Below are positions 11,731 through 24,550 of a stretch of 64,000 nucleotides of DNA, in pieces; positions within the stretch are counted from its first letter, which is position 1; every line of letters begins with the position of its first letter. The DNA is from Mobula hypostoma (taxonomy: Eukaryota), in contig NC_086109.1 of NCBI RefSeq assembly GCF_963921235.1, forward strand, positions 15,440,001 through 15,504,000, written 5' to 3'. The translations under genes were made by a program, and so were the position numbers. The notes beneath the pieces were generated by a model. It ran no database searches, had not been told where the DNA came from, and worked only from the letters and a program-made list of their open reading frames with translations.

Positions 11731-13254
11731 AAAACAATTTATTTTATAAGTTACAATAATATGATGCTTTCAAATGTACTGCTGTCACAAAACAACAAAT
11801 GTCACAACACACACAAAATGCTGGAGGAACTCAGCAGGTCAGACATCATCTAAGGAAATGAATTTCAGGCCAAGACCATTCATCACATCATACAATGTGT
11901 CCATGATAATAAACCTGATTCCGATTCCTCTTTAGTAAGGAGCGGGTGAAGTTGTGTTGGGATACATGATATAAGTAAGCCATTAGGTGTGAGGAGAATA
12001 TTTATGTACTCTTGTCTGACTGGTGGACTTTGTGCTGGGATAGTGTGATAATATTTGTTAAGATGTTCTGGAGTTATGCTATATGGCAAATATTAATTTC
12101 AACTGCAACTAGTCTTCAAATCTGAATGTGGAATGTAGATTGAGTTTAAAATGCAGCTCAGAACAATGGTCTTCCTGGAGCTGCAAACTGGGGTTGGTTT
12201 CAAACCAGGAAATGTGCATTCAGCTGAGATGTCTGCACATGCATGAATGCAGCTCAGAAACAGAGCTGATTAACACATATTTTGGGTGTGCTGGAGCGTA
12301 GATCTAAGTGTTGGAAATTATGTGCAACACAAAGGAATCATTATGAATGCATTGTAACTATAGAAATTGACCTGTTGTTACCTTTGTTCTTTTACATATT
12401 GGGTCAGGAGACCTCTACTTCTAAGAGTGTCTCCAGTATGATGCCTGCTTGCTTTGCTGAAGAAAGACTTCTATGTCCACCAGCTTCAGAGTCTCTCCAG
12501 TGACTTCGTTCACTGCCACAGCGATATTCACAAATGCAACCAATTGCTCAGCGAGTCTGTGCTTGCACAGTTCTAACAGTGTAGCTCCTTCAGCTGTGTC
12601 CCCTAACAACAGGCTCCACATATGGTGCCTTCTACCATTTGCAGTAATTAGCTTTGATTTTTCCCTTTTGTTTCACGGCTCGATTTCCTAAACCTATCAC
12701 AAAATTTAATCCAATTTCAGATGTAACAGAAAAACAAATAATTTAAAACACAAGTTAAATGAACAAATCTTACAGGCAATTAATTTATCAAGCAGCTATT
12801 CATATAAATAATTCGATAGTCAATATAAACTACTTTAGAAAGGAATGTTCTTTCTGTACATTGTAGGACTAATCTTGTAAAAATTTATATGTTAAATTTT
12901 GATCTTGATTGTTTAATGGACAGTATAGCACCAGCTATTTTGAGTATCATATATCAAAATCCATCATCCCTGTCAGACGATGTGGATTAATACATAGGCC
13001 ACTCTTTCTCAATCTTATTTCCTCTCAGCTTTCTTATCATTCTGTATTTTGGGAATTCATCATTTTTAAGAAATTCTGTTCTCAATCTTTATTCTACTGC
13101 ATTGTTCCTTATACTTTACATACTTTTTTTCTGTCTTTTCATTGATCTCTCAGTATTTTCATTAAGGAATTATTAACAATGTAATATAATTTAATGAAAG
13201 ATAAGAAAAAATAGTGACAGCTGAATTATAACTTTATGAATAATAAATACTAAT

Positions 13255-14305
13255 ATTTGCTCAGTTGATAGCACTCTTGCCTTTGAGTAAGAAGACTACA
13301 AGTTCAAGTTTACTCCAGAGACTTAAGCCAGAAAGAAAGTTGGCTGACTCTGCCAATATAATCTTGAGGAAGGTGCTATCTTTAGAATGAGGCATGAAAG
13401 CTCTCTAAGATGGCCTTGTGGATTCTCACAGAAAATTTTCAAAGGAAAGCTGAAGAGTTAGTCTTATTATCTGTCCAATATTTATTTCTTAATCTACATC
13501 AAAGTTCAAAGTACAGTTATTATCTTATGTATGGATACATTTTACAACTTTGAGATTTTTCTCCTTACAGGCAGTCACAAAACAAAGAAAGCTTAAAAGA
13601 ACCCATTAAAAAAAAAGTCTGTCAAACACCCGAACACATTTGTGAAGCCAGGCATCACTGCATCTGGAGCAGACCACAGCTTCAGTTCAGTGCAGAGCTG
13701 AGTAAATGCTGCGGAGCAGTGAGCAGAACCGGCCTCACCTCACCTCCAGTTTCGACACTCTGACCTTTTCAATCTGGCCTGGCTCTTAAGTCATCCAAAT
13801 ATCATGTCGTTCCTTGCACTTGGAATGCTCTGAGGCCTGAACCCCGCTGCCAGGACTCAGCCTGTACCCGACCTTTTCAATTCAGCCTGGCCCTTAAATC
13901 GATCAGACACAGGGACTTTCCTCACTCATGGGGATATCACGACTTTGCTGCAACTGCCTCCTCCTTTGCTCACCTCAACCATACCTTCCCTGTGCCTCCG
14001 CTCACCTCAGCTTTCCTCAATCATTTCTCACCTGCGACTCTGCCACTGCCACCGCTCACCTCTCCGTTGTTAGCATTGATTGTTATTAATAAAATGGTAT
14101 TAATAAGGGATTTTGTAGTTTTCTTTGCTTTGTTTTTTGCCACTGATAAGTAATCCTTCGCATCACCAGTGCCATCTCAACCCAGACAAAGACAGTTTAT
14201 TTCTTCTGTCACCATTTCATTTATGGGAATCTGGGCAAACTGATTTTCTATGGTGGAAGAGGAACTATTCTTTATTGTAAAGTGCCTGAGGCCAAGAGAT
14301 GCTGT
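13255..14305 (+). mobile_element. SacSINE1/DeuSINE-like ancient SINE, interrupted by the element at 13501-14180
   Basis: gctcagttgatagcactcttgcctttgagtaagaag...gttcaagt..actccagagactt...ggtgctatcttt.gaatgag...ccaatatttat; 3' part resumes at ~14185. Confidence 0.6.
13501..14180 (-). mobile_element. Non-autonomous retroposon with AAGATGGCG-type head and Rex1-like tail
   Basis: On the plus strand it begins with the Rex-type tail complement aaagttcaaagtac and ends in gtgccatct. Confidence 0.55.
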
Positions 14306-14318
14306 AAAGATCAAAGAT

Positions 14319-14812
14319 TGTGGTGCTCAGCACTATCATGTTTGCTGTTGTGTGCTGGGGCAGCAGGCTGAGGGTAGTAGACACCAACAGAATCAACAAA
14401 CTCATTCGTAAGGCCAGTGATGTTGTGGGGATGGAACTGGACTCTCTCACGGTGGTGTCTGAAAAGAGGATGCCATCCAAGTTGCATGCCATCTTGGACA
14501 ATGTCTCCCATCCACTACATAATGGACTGGTTGGGCACAGGAGTACATTCAGCCAGAGACTCATTCCACCGAGATGCAACACAGAGTGTCATAGGAAGTC
14601 ATTCCTGCCTGTGGCCATCAAACTTTATAACTCCTCCCTTGGAGGGTCAGATACCCTGAGCCAATAGGCTGGGCCTGGACTTATTTCCTGGCATAATTTA
14701 CATATTACTATTTAACTATTTATGGTTTTAGTACTATTTATTATTTATGGTGCAACGGTAACGAAAACCAATTTCCCCCGGGATCAATAAAGTATGACTA
14801 TGACTATGACTA
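14319..14812 (+). mobile_element. Rex1 LINE 3' end with (CTATGA)n tail
   Basis: ORF 14320 FAVVCWGSRL...NRINKLIRKASDVVG...SHPLH...RKSFLPVAIKLYN; aataaagtatgactatgactatgact. Confidence 0.9.
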
Positions 14813-15120
14813 TTAGCTTTATTTGTCACACATACATTGAAACATGCAGCGAAATGCGTCATTGGTATCAACGACCAACACAGTTAGAATTTGTGCTGGG
14901 GGGCAGCCCACAGCTGCCGCACTCTCTGGTGCCAACATAGCATGCTCACAACTCACTAAAACTAACCCTAACAGCACACACATGGAAAGCGGAGCATCTG
15001 GAGGAAACTGATGTAGTTACAGGAAGAACGTACAAACATTTTACAGATAGCAGCGGAAATTGATTGATGATCGCTGGCACTTTAAGGCGACGAACTAACC
15101 ACTAAGGTACTGTCCCACTC
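14813..15120 (-). mobile_element. V-domain (HE1-like) tRNA-derived SINE
   Basis: Reverse complement of the family seen at 21073-21372. Confidence 0.7.
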
Positions 15121-16774
15121 CTGTAACTTCCCATATCCTTGACTCAGACTCATTCTTCTCCACCACCTCCTCCCTTGATCCACAACTTCCAATCGCGATT
15201 TTCCACATAACTTAACCATACCTTGATCTTTCCAGTTCTTTTCAAAATAGGAGAAGCTTATTATTGGTAGTTAGACCTTCCCTCTTGCACACGATCTAGG
15301 AGGCCTGAGTGCCACAAATCGTACCCACAGCTACGGATCTCACAAGATTTGAGAACACAGAACATTGTGCCAACATTTTATCATACTCTAAGATCAATCT
15401 AACCCTTACCTCTTATATAGCCCTCCATTTTTCTATCATCTACAGTGTGTGCCTATCTAAGAGTTTTTAACATCTCCTTAATGTATCTGCCTCTATCACC
15501 ACTTCTGGTAGACCATTCCATGCACCCATCACTCTCTCTGGAAAGAAGCTTACCTCGGAAATGTTTCTGGTTCTAGGAACCACAAATACACCATCCTTTT
15601 AGACATGCTTGTGAACTTGAACAGTCAGTTTACTGGGATACTGCCTCTTTCCAAGGAAGTTTGGAATACTTGGTTGGGCTTCCATAGATGGAATGTGATC
15701 AGCAAATGCGATCTCCCATTGCACATTTTGTCAAAATTCAACTGCTACAAATAATTCAATAGTATTTTTTCCCAATTGCCATTAATTAGAATTAAACATT
15801 TGGGAAGTAAATAATCTGTTTACTTTCCAGTGTAAATAAGTGCATACTCTGGAACATTGGAAGATGCCCTGTTATTTTGCTGTCCTTGCTACTCTATAGA
15901 TTTGCTGAGTATGCCCACGAGAAAATTAATCTCAGGGTTGTATATGGTGACATATATGTACTTTGATAATAAAATTTACTTTGTACTTTGTATTAATTAT
16001 ATCTCACTCTGGTAATAAAGTGGGAATTTAACTGATACTAAAATTTCGTTATAATTCTCTTGGTTTCCAGCCAGATGATTATATTTGCAACTATCAATGA
16101 GAAAACATGATGGCCAGCAGGTAATACAAGACTGTGTTGGATTAGGGTGTAGAATTGTTATTTTTCTTGTACTTTTAACTTTCCTATGCTTGCTTGTATT
16201 TTTATATAATCACATACATGTGATTGTTCAATAAAATTTTCTAGCAATTACAGTACAGTTGCTTTTGTATTTTTCTAGAAAATTCTTAGTTTTCAATAAC
16301 ATCTATAATGACATTTAAATGTGGCTGTTTTAGAGGTTACCTGTTATCATGGGACTGTGCTATCTCTAGTATGAGATGACCGTGGCTGCTTTTTCCTTTG
16401 TCTTTTCTTTGTTCTCTGATCAAGTTTTTCTTTGCTCTCAAAACACTTAACAGAATTCCTAGAAATCTGCTTTGTGCCTGCCTCATTTTTAACTTCTGAA
16501 GACCCCTTAGGTTGCAATCTAACAACTGTAAGGAAGTGAAATATGTAGCTGTCGTGCCGATGTTGGAAAGTGTCAAAATAGTAAGTTCAATTTTCAAGCT
16601 TATAGATATCTGGATATCTCAAAAAGTCCAAGTGCCATATTTGGTGCTAGGTTACAAAGAAATAACAAACCACTCCGCCTCCCAAACCTGTTCCACTTCA
16701 GAATTTCATCATGGCTGACCTTCTCTTCAACATTTACTTATCTCTTCGTTCCCTCACTCTCTTTGCCTTATGTT

Positions 16775-17135
16775 ATTTTGATCAAATCTCCACAGCTCTT
16801 TGAGAAGATGTATTCTAGTTTTACATTAACTGTTCTGTGAAAAACATTTTGATCAAATATCTACAGCCTTTTGAGAAGAAAGTGAAGTCTAGCTTTATAC
16901 TACCTGTTCAGTGCAAAATATTTTGATCAAATATCCACAGCCTTTTCAGAAGGTGAATTCTAGTTTTATATTGGCTGTTCTGTGAAAAATATTTTGATGA
17001 AATACCCATAGACTTTTGAAAAGGTGAAGTCTATTTTTATACTACCTGTTCTGTGAAAAATATTTTGATCAAATATCCACCAACTTCTGAGAATGTGGAC
17101 TCCAGTTTTATACTACCTGTGCTGTGGAAAAAAAA
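16775..17135. repeat. ~71-bp tandem repeat, 5 copies
   Basis: Unit attttgatcaaatatccacagcc..ttgagaaggtgaa.tctagttttatactacctgttctgtgaaaaat. Confidence 0.9.
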
Positions 17136-18017
17136 TCCCAAATCCACTTCAGGTTGGTTCAATGTTTTAATGATTCCATTTAACATCAGAGAATGTATAC
17201 AGTATACAACCTGGAATTCTTACTCTCCACAGGCATCCACGAAACAGAAAAACCCCAAAGAATGGATAACAGGAGACAGGCAAGAACCTCAAAGACCCCT
17301 CACCCCTCCCATGCACAAGCAACAGCAAAGGCATCAACCCTCCTCTCTCCGCCCTTCCACTCCCCACACTTATTCCAGCAGAAAGCAACAGCTCTCCCAG
17401 CACCCACCATGTAAGCAACAGTAAAGCCCCCAAAGAGAGACGTTAATCTACAGTTCATCAAAACCACTGTTCACCAAACAGCTCGACGTCCAACAAGGGT
17501 GAGAGAGGTATCACTCCTCTCTAATTCTAACATCTCCAATTTGTTTGCCTTCTCCTTCAGTATAATTAGCTTTTCTGCATTGATCCCATTGAATTGAATA
17601 AGAGAGAAAGAGAGTGATAGATGAAGAAAGAGGGAATACCTTTTATTATCCTACACACTCAATCAGATCACTCCTCAATCTTCTACAGTCAGGAAGATGC
17701 AAAATAGGCTATGCAACCTGCTCTCATAATTTTATTTCCCAATTCTAGGAGAAATCTTCTCTACAAGAAACACTTCCAAAAGCACAATTCTCCATGAGGG
17801 TCCACTGGTCGTAATCTCAGTAGTGATGCATCACACCTTTTGCTTTTAAACCTTATACCCTCGTGATAAAAGCCAGCTTTGAATTAACAATTCCATAAAG
17901 TTTTGATCAGATGTGCACTGGGATTTATTTATTTATTTAGTGACACAGCCCTGCGAGCTGCACCGACCCACAACCCCCAGCAGCTTCGATTTAACCCTAA
18001 CCAATTAACCGACCCAG

Positions 18018-18536
18018 TTTTGTGTGCAGTTTTGGTTACCTAATTACAGGAAGGATATTAATAAGGTTGAAAGAGTGCAAAAAAGGTTTACAAGGATGTT
18101 GCCGGGATTTGAGAAACTGAGTTACAGAGAAAGATTGAATAGGTTAGTACTTTATTCCATGGAGCGTAGAAGAATGAGGGGAGATTTGATAGAGGGGTAT
18201 AAAATTATGATGGGTATCGATAGAGTGAATGCAAGCAGGCTTTTTCTGCTGAGGCAAGGGGAGAAAAAAACCAGAGGACATGGGTTAAGGGTGAAGGGGG
18301 AAAAGTTTAAAGGGAACATGGGGGGGGGGCTTCTTCACACAGAGAGTGGTGGGAGTGTGGAATGAGCTGCCAGATAAAGTGGTAAATGTGGGCTCACTTT
18401 TAACATTTAAGAAAAACTTGGACAGGTACATGGAGGGATATGGTCCAGGTGCAGGTCAGTGGGACTAGGCAGAAAAATGGTTCAGCACAGCCAAGAAGGG
18501 CCAAAAGGCCTGTTTCTGAGCTGTAATGTTTCTATG
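18018..18536 (+). mobile_element. CR1 LINE 3' end inserted in a V-SINE
   Basis: ORF 18024 VQFWLPNYRKDINKVERVQKRFTRMLPG..LSYRERLNRL; V-SINE halves at ~17925-18017 and 18537-18672. Confidence 0.9.
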
Positions 18537-18672
18537 GTACATCTTTGGACTGTGGGAGGAAACCGGAGCACCCGGGGAAAACCTACACATTCCATGGGGA
18601 GGACATACAGACACTCCTTACAGATGACGCTGGAATTGAACTCCGAACTCTGGCGCCCCAAGTTGTAATAGT

Positions 18673-19539
18673 TGTTACATGCTCAAGGAGATCTGTGATT
18701 TTTTTTGTGAGAATGATGTAATGCTCTTTTGGAGGTCACCTGATGTGATTTTCCCGCCGATGTGAGGTCATGTGATGACATGTGCCCCGTGACTATATAA
18801 GGGTCGACTCAGGTGACGCAGTTGGTTTTTGAGTTTGTAGATTTCCAGGTAGAACGTGTGGTGCCTCCGTTTCTGTTGCGTGTTTGTTTTTGTGATGCAG
18901 TTTCGTTTTTAAAACGGATGGTGTGTTCTCTTACAAGATATTGCATTTGGACTGGAAATTTGTGGCTGGAAGTGCCAATTTACTCAATTCCGACAGTTTT
19001 GAAGGGAGAGTGAAGAATTCATCGAAGTGAAGGATCGAGAGAAGTCGGCATCGTTTGGCAGTTTAATAAAGGATCGACCTTATTGAGTCTTCGTTGAAGA
19101 GAAGCTGCATTGAGATAACTCTGGCAATAGTGCAATGAGTACATGCACAAAGCCTCTCTCTCTCTAAAAGAAATTTAAGGTCAGTCGATTTAAACTGTTT
19201 AGGGAATCCTGTGGACAGAACCGGCAGTAAAGGTGCGTCGGTGAAGAAATCCTTCTCCAGAAAAGCCTCTCCCAATTGAATGTGTAAAACTGTTGGGCTT
19301 TTGAAGTTATCGCTTTAAGAACTATATCTGACTATATCGCTTTAAGAACTGTTTTCGCATTTAACGCTTTAAGAACCAGAGCCGAGTGGAGTTGATGAAC
19401 GGCTGCGTACCTGTTTAACCTCCGGTTAAAGTTTTCCTTTGTTTTTTTTTCCCTTATCGTTTATATGTGTTTAATAAATGTTTGGTTGTTTTCATAAAAC
19501 CTGTCTCGATTAATATTCATTGTTGCAGGTTACGTAACA
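18673..19539 (+). mobile_element. Solo LTR (Gypsy-type), 867 bp
   Basis: TGTTAC...GTAACA termini; 4-bp TSD TAGT (18669-18672, 19540-19543); TATATAA at 18794; AATAAA at 19473. Confidence 0.9.
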
Positions 19540-20159
19540 TAGTGTTATAGCACTATGCTACTGTGGTGCTACACGTGTGTCAAAATCACTTTGATATTCC
19601 AGAGCTTCTAATTTTTCACTGTTTAAAATAACTAGTTAGGTTTCTTTCTCTCATATTGAAAATGGATGGCCACACACCTTGAAATCTATCAACAATAATT
19701 TTCCTTTTCACTTACTCTATGTCTTTTTGTAACTCTTTCCTCTCACCTGCACAGCTTAGTACTTCTTCCAACCAAGGGCATTCATGGGCCTTTAATTTTG
19801 CCCTGTGCCTGTGCTTTCCATAGAGTAAGTGTAGTGATTCTGGGGATAATGGGTTTGCCATGTGAGGACCATGACACAGAGTCACACAGAATGAAAACAG
19901 GCCCTAAACGCAAGAGAATCAGTAGACGCTGGAAATCCAGAGCAACACACACAAAATGCTGGAGGAACTCAGCAGGTCAGGCAGCATCTACGGAGAAGAA
20001 TAAACAGTTGCTGTCTTGAGCTGAGAACGTCCATCGGGATTGGAAAGGAAGGGGGATGAAGCTAGAATAAGAAGATGAGGGGAGGGGAAGGAGTACAATC
20101 TGGTAGGTAATAGCTGAGACCAGGTGACTGGGATGGTAGGATGGTGGGTGGGTGGGAGA

Positions 20160-20640
20160 AAGGGACATGCCAAATTTCTTTAATTTCCTGAAGAGGTGAA
20201 GCAGTTGGTGAGCTTTCTTGGCCATAACATCAATGTGGCTGGATGAGGACAGCCTACTGGAGATATTCACACCGAGGAACTTGAACCTCTTAACCCTCTG
20301 AACCTCAAAGCTATTGACTGAGGCAGGAGCATGTGCAATTCCCTTCTTCCTGAAGTCCATGGCCAGCCCCTTTATTCTGTTGACAGTGTGGGAAAGGTTA
20401 TTGTCATGACACCATGTCACTAGGCGCTCTATCTCCTTCCTGTACTCCAATTGATCTTCCTTAGCAATATGGCTCACTACTCACTATTGTCTGAATGCCA
20501 GTAAAAGGAGTTAGAGCAGAATATGATCGCGCAGTCTTGAGTGTACAGAGAGCTGAGGCTGCAGTCTTGTGGAGCACCAGAGTTTAGAATAATTGTGGTG
20601 GAGTTGTTGCTGCCTATTTTCAATGATTGCGGTCTGTTGA
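20160..20640 (-). mobile_element. Rex1/Babar LINE fragment
   Basis: ORF 19977..20477(-) YRKEIERLVTWCHDNNLS..VNRIKGLAMDFRKK...FKFLGVNIS. Confidence 0.85.
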
Positions 20641-21072
20641 TTGCATATTAATATGCAGAACCTACTGTTTCACTGAAAGCTCATATGAAATTACCTAATC
20701 CTATGTGATAGGCACAGCCTGACTATGTATTAAATTTACCAGGGGAATGGTTAGTTGGCTTTGGCAGACGCAGTATCTCTACTCAAATAACAAAATTATG
20801 CAAAGAGACTGCATAGCCAAGAGCTGCATTTCTTAGAATCTTTGACATTTGAGAGATGATTTGATTGATTTTTAGATATAAAGGTAAATTGAGAGACAGA
20901 GGGAAAATATTTTAGTTGATTGGTGGGTTGAGAGGATAAGCTTAAAATATTACAGCCATTTTTACAGGAGTGAAACTGCTAAGAATTTTTCATGTAAAGG
21001 ATGATAGAAATTTGCAATTTTCTTCCACAAACTCAGTGAGTCCTAGGTAAATAATGATTTTTTAAAATGGAT

Positions 21073-21372
21073 AGCACGGTGGTGTAGTGGTTTGCACAAT
21101 GCTTTACATCTCCAAGTTCGATTTCTGCTGTTGTCTGTAAGGAGATTATACGTTCTCCCCATCAATGTGTGGGTTTCCTCGAGGTACTCTGGTTTTCTCC
21201 CACATTCCAAAAACATACGGGTTAGGGTTAGTGAATTGAGGGCATGCTATTTTGGCACTGGAGACATGGCAACACCTGAGTCTGCCCTGCACAATCCTTC
21301 CTGATTCAGATTTGCACAGATGATGTATTTTACTGTGTGTTTCAGTGTACATGTGACAAATAAAGCTAATCT
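21073..21372 (+). mobile_element. V-domain (HE1-like) tRNA-derived SINE
   Basis: A box tggtgtagtgg (21080), B box gttcgatttc (21116), V-domain gggtttcctc..ggtactctggttttctcccacattccaaa, tail catgtgacaaataaagctaatct; further copies at ~4600, 24817(-), 52260, 55392, 56740(-), 57820, 58370(-), 63890(-). Confidence 0.85.
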
Positions 21373-21444
21373 GTATAGATTTTTGTAAACCTGAAGTATT
21401 AAGGGATATGGAGAAGTGTATACACACACACATAAATAATCTTA

Positions 21445-22072
21445 CATAGAAACATAGAAAACCTACAGCACAATACAGGCCCTTTAGCCCACAAAGTTGT
21501 GCCGAACATGTCCTTACCTTAGAAATTACTAGGCTTACCCATAGCCCTCTATTTTTCTAAGCTCCATGTACCTATCCAAAAGTCTCTCAAAAGACCCTAT
21601 TGTATCCGCCTCCACCACCGTTGCCGGCAGCCCATTCCACGCACTCTCCACTCTCTGTGTAAAAAACTTACCCCGACATCTCCTCTGTATCTACTCCCCA
21701 GCACCCTAAACCTGTGTCCTCTTGTGGCAACCATTTCAGCCCTGGGAAAAAGCCTCTGACTATCCACACGATCAACGCCTCTCATCATCTTATACACTTC
21801 TATCAGGTCACCTCATCCTCCGTCGCTCCAAGGAGAAAAGGCCGAGTTCACTCAACCTATTCTCATAAGGCATGCTCACCAATCCAAGCAACATCCTTGT
21901 AAATCTCTTCTGCACTCTTTCTATGACTTCCACATCCTTCCTGTAGTGAGGCGACCAGAACTGAGCACAGTATTCCAAGTGGGGTCTGACCAGGGTCCTA
22001 TATAGCTGCAACATTACCTCTCGGCTCCTAAATTCAATTCCATGATTGAAGGTCAATACACTGTACACCTTC
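21445..22072 (-). mobile_element. Young CR1 LINE 3' end
   Basis: ORFs 21808..22068 and 21597..21797 (LYRTLVRPHLEYCAQFWSPHYRKDV...; YKMMRGVDRVDSQRLFPR); (TTTCTATG)n tail. Confidence 0.9.
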
Positions 22073-22457
22073 TTGGTGCAGGTCCACAGACAGGAGGGAC
22101 TGAATAATCTACTGCTATCATTGTTCGTTAAATTTGGATAAGTCAGATTAAGTAAGTAATTTTCCTTCTGTAACTGCTAATGCTGTCATACCTGAACATT
22201 ACAGAAAGATGCATTTGTTCTTTCGATGAACAGGGCAGAATCAAGCTCCTGTTCTTGCTCCTCTCTTCACATAAACGGATCACTTGGCTCTCACTGAAAC
22301 AAATGCAGGGACTAGAAATTCACTCACACCAAAAAAGAAGAGCTGTACCTCTGAAAATCAGAGTGCATTGTAATTTTCCACACATCTCCTGACGTCTTTG
22401 CATCTTAGCGGAAAATTTGCCTCCTAGGTTTTCTACTCTACTCCGACTTTTATTTTA

Positions 22458-22772
22458 TTTATTTATTATTATTTTTTTGGCTTGTGCCTGTGTGCGTGCG
22501 AGTACGTGTGTGTGCATCTGTGTGTGCGTGCGTGTGTCCGTGATGATGTCTTTTTCATGGCTTTTTATAAGGCGTGGAGCGAGAGAGAGACTGTGTGGCG
22601 TACCACTCCTCACATAGACATTTTCGCAGTATTTTACGAGGTCGAGTTGCGATCTCGACACTCAACCCGGCACGGATGGAAAGCATACTTGGGAGCGGAC
22701 CTGACTAGTTTCGAACGCGGGAACCTCCGCTCCCAGGCCCACCGCCAATGTCGGTGCGCCACCAGCTGGCTC
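22458..22772 (-). mobile_element. Young CpG-rich tRNA-derived SINE
   Basis: Minus-strand A box TGGCGCA, B box GTTCGAAAC (22708-22716), (CA)n and A-rich tail; 15-bp TSD ccgacttttatttta (22443-22457, 22773-22787). Confidence 0.85.
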
Positions 22773-23289
22773 CCGACTTTTATTTTAGTGCAAAATTATT
22801 TCAACAGTGGTACAACATGCAAAATTCATCAGCAATTAGATTTTCAAATGCACAGATCTGAAAACTAACAGCTCTTATCTTCCTGCAGAGCAAACAAGTC
22901 TCGTAAATCCTGTTTCAGCTGGGTTATGCTATTTAAAGAATTGAGATTTCAGGCAGAGACCCTTCATCAGTTAAAGGTCTTTGCCCAAAGTGTCTACTGT
23001 TTATACCTCTCCATAGATGCTGCCTGACTTGCTGAGTTCCTGCAGCATTTTGTGTGTATTGCTCTGGATTTCCAGCATCTGCAGAATCTCCAGTGCTTAC
23101 TTAAAGAATCAGCGCTCAACCACATTCTTTGTCCTTGTACACATCTGTAAGCATCTGTGACTACAAATACATACACTATTTATGTCTTAACTGCCTTTCC
23201 TATAAGATCAGGGTCATAGTCACTCTCAGCTTCCTAGCCTGAGGATCATTGCTGGCTGCTACACTGATTTCTGTCACGTCTCACAGCTG

Positions 23290-24000
23290 TTGCTTGTTGC
23301 TGCATGAGCGAGGTCACCTAAACACCATTTTAAAGGAGAGATGTGTACTTTTACTGCAGACCCAAGAAGCAGGCACAAAGAGTTGCATCTGACCTTGTGA
23401 TGCCAGATGCACCTGAAAGAAACCTTCCTGGTAACATTCCACCAGGTGGGCCAACCTGTAACCCGAGAGAGTCCATGTAGCCCCTTTAACAAAGAATGCA
23501 TCCTGAGAGAACTTTTCTTAACCAGTCTGTCCCAGTCTCTTTGATCTGTACACAGCCCTCTCCCAAACTTGGAAGGGAAATGCTGCAGAGAAAACCTTTT
23601 CCAAAGCTCCTCCCCAACTGCCTCACACTGGTTAAAGAGCTGCTGTCTGAATCACACTGTGATTCCATCCATCAGACACAATAGCCAGACCACTGACTCC
23701 CAGAAAAATCCAAAATTTTATTGACGCCACAACATCCTGCAACTCAGCTAGTCGAGAGGTACTGTGGAACATCTTTCTTGAGTTTGGCAGCCACTGAAAT
23801 TCTTCTTCATTTTACATCCACTAAGTGGGGCATTCAATCTGTATTCGAGACCGAGAGTTCCACATTCGACCAAATCTCAGTGAAAATCCCATCATGTAGG
23901 ACTGCAACATTTTTCAGTCTTTCTTGGTGCAGTACTGAAGCTCAGACCCAACAAGTATCCATAGGGATTGGAACTGACTGGCTAGACAAATGGGAAACTC
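23290..24000 (-). mobile_element. Possible highly decayed Tx1/L1-type RT fragment
   Basis: Minus-frame DWDRLVKK...RKVSFRCIW.HKVRCNSLCL loosely resembles the Tx1 thumb region; weak. Confidence 0.3.
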
Positions 24001-24069
24001 TTCCACTTATGTTGTCCTCACTTCAACAACAAAGATCAATCCAGTTTCGGCCATCGAGCTCTCCCCATC

Positions 24070-24550
24070 ATTGAGGGCATCTACAAGGGGTGCTGCAACA
24101 AGAAAGCAGCATCCATTATCAAGGATCCCCATCATCCAGGCCTTGCTCTCTTCTCACTGCTGCCAACGGGAAGGAGGTACAAGAGCCTTAGGTCCCACAC
24201 CACCAGGTTCAAAACCAGTTATTGCCCTTCAACCGTCAGGTTCCTGAACCAACGTGGATAGCTTTACTCACCTCCACTTTGAACTGATTCCGCAAGCTAC
24301 AGATTCACTTTACGCACAACGGACTCACTTGCAAAGATTGTTAAGTTCCAGTACTATTTATTTATTTATTTATTTATAGTTTTGATTTGCAGTTTGTCTT
24401 CTTTTGAACACTGGTTGTTTGTCAGTCTTTATGTGTAGTTTTTCATTAAATTGATGGCATTTCTCAGTTCTACAGTGAATGGCCACAAGGAAATGCATCT
24501 CAGGGTCAGATATGCAGAAATATACATACTTTGATAATGAACCTTGAACC
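24070..24550 (+). mobile_element. Rex1/Babar LINE 3' end
   Basis: KAASIIKDPHHPG..LFSLLP.GRRY.SL motif and family tail. Confidence 0.8.

Noticed and set aside
12282..12691. Possible host exon (protein-like minus ORF MWSLLLGDTAEG...)
   Set aside because: No recognisable family, no convincing splice sites, and stops in neighbouring codons; a BLASTX would settle it
16775..17135. CRISPR-like array
   Set aside because: Units are homologous over their whole length with no unique spacers, and the context is eukaryotic with no cas genes
21073..21130. tRNA gene
   Set aside because: A/B boxes belong to a SINE head; no cloverleaf, and it continues into a V-domain
21219..21232. Interstitial telomeric repeat (gggttagggttag)
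   Set aside because: Only two units, and part of the V-SINE body seen in other copies
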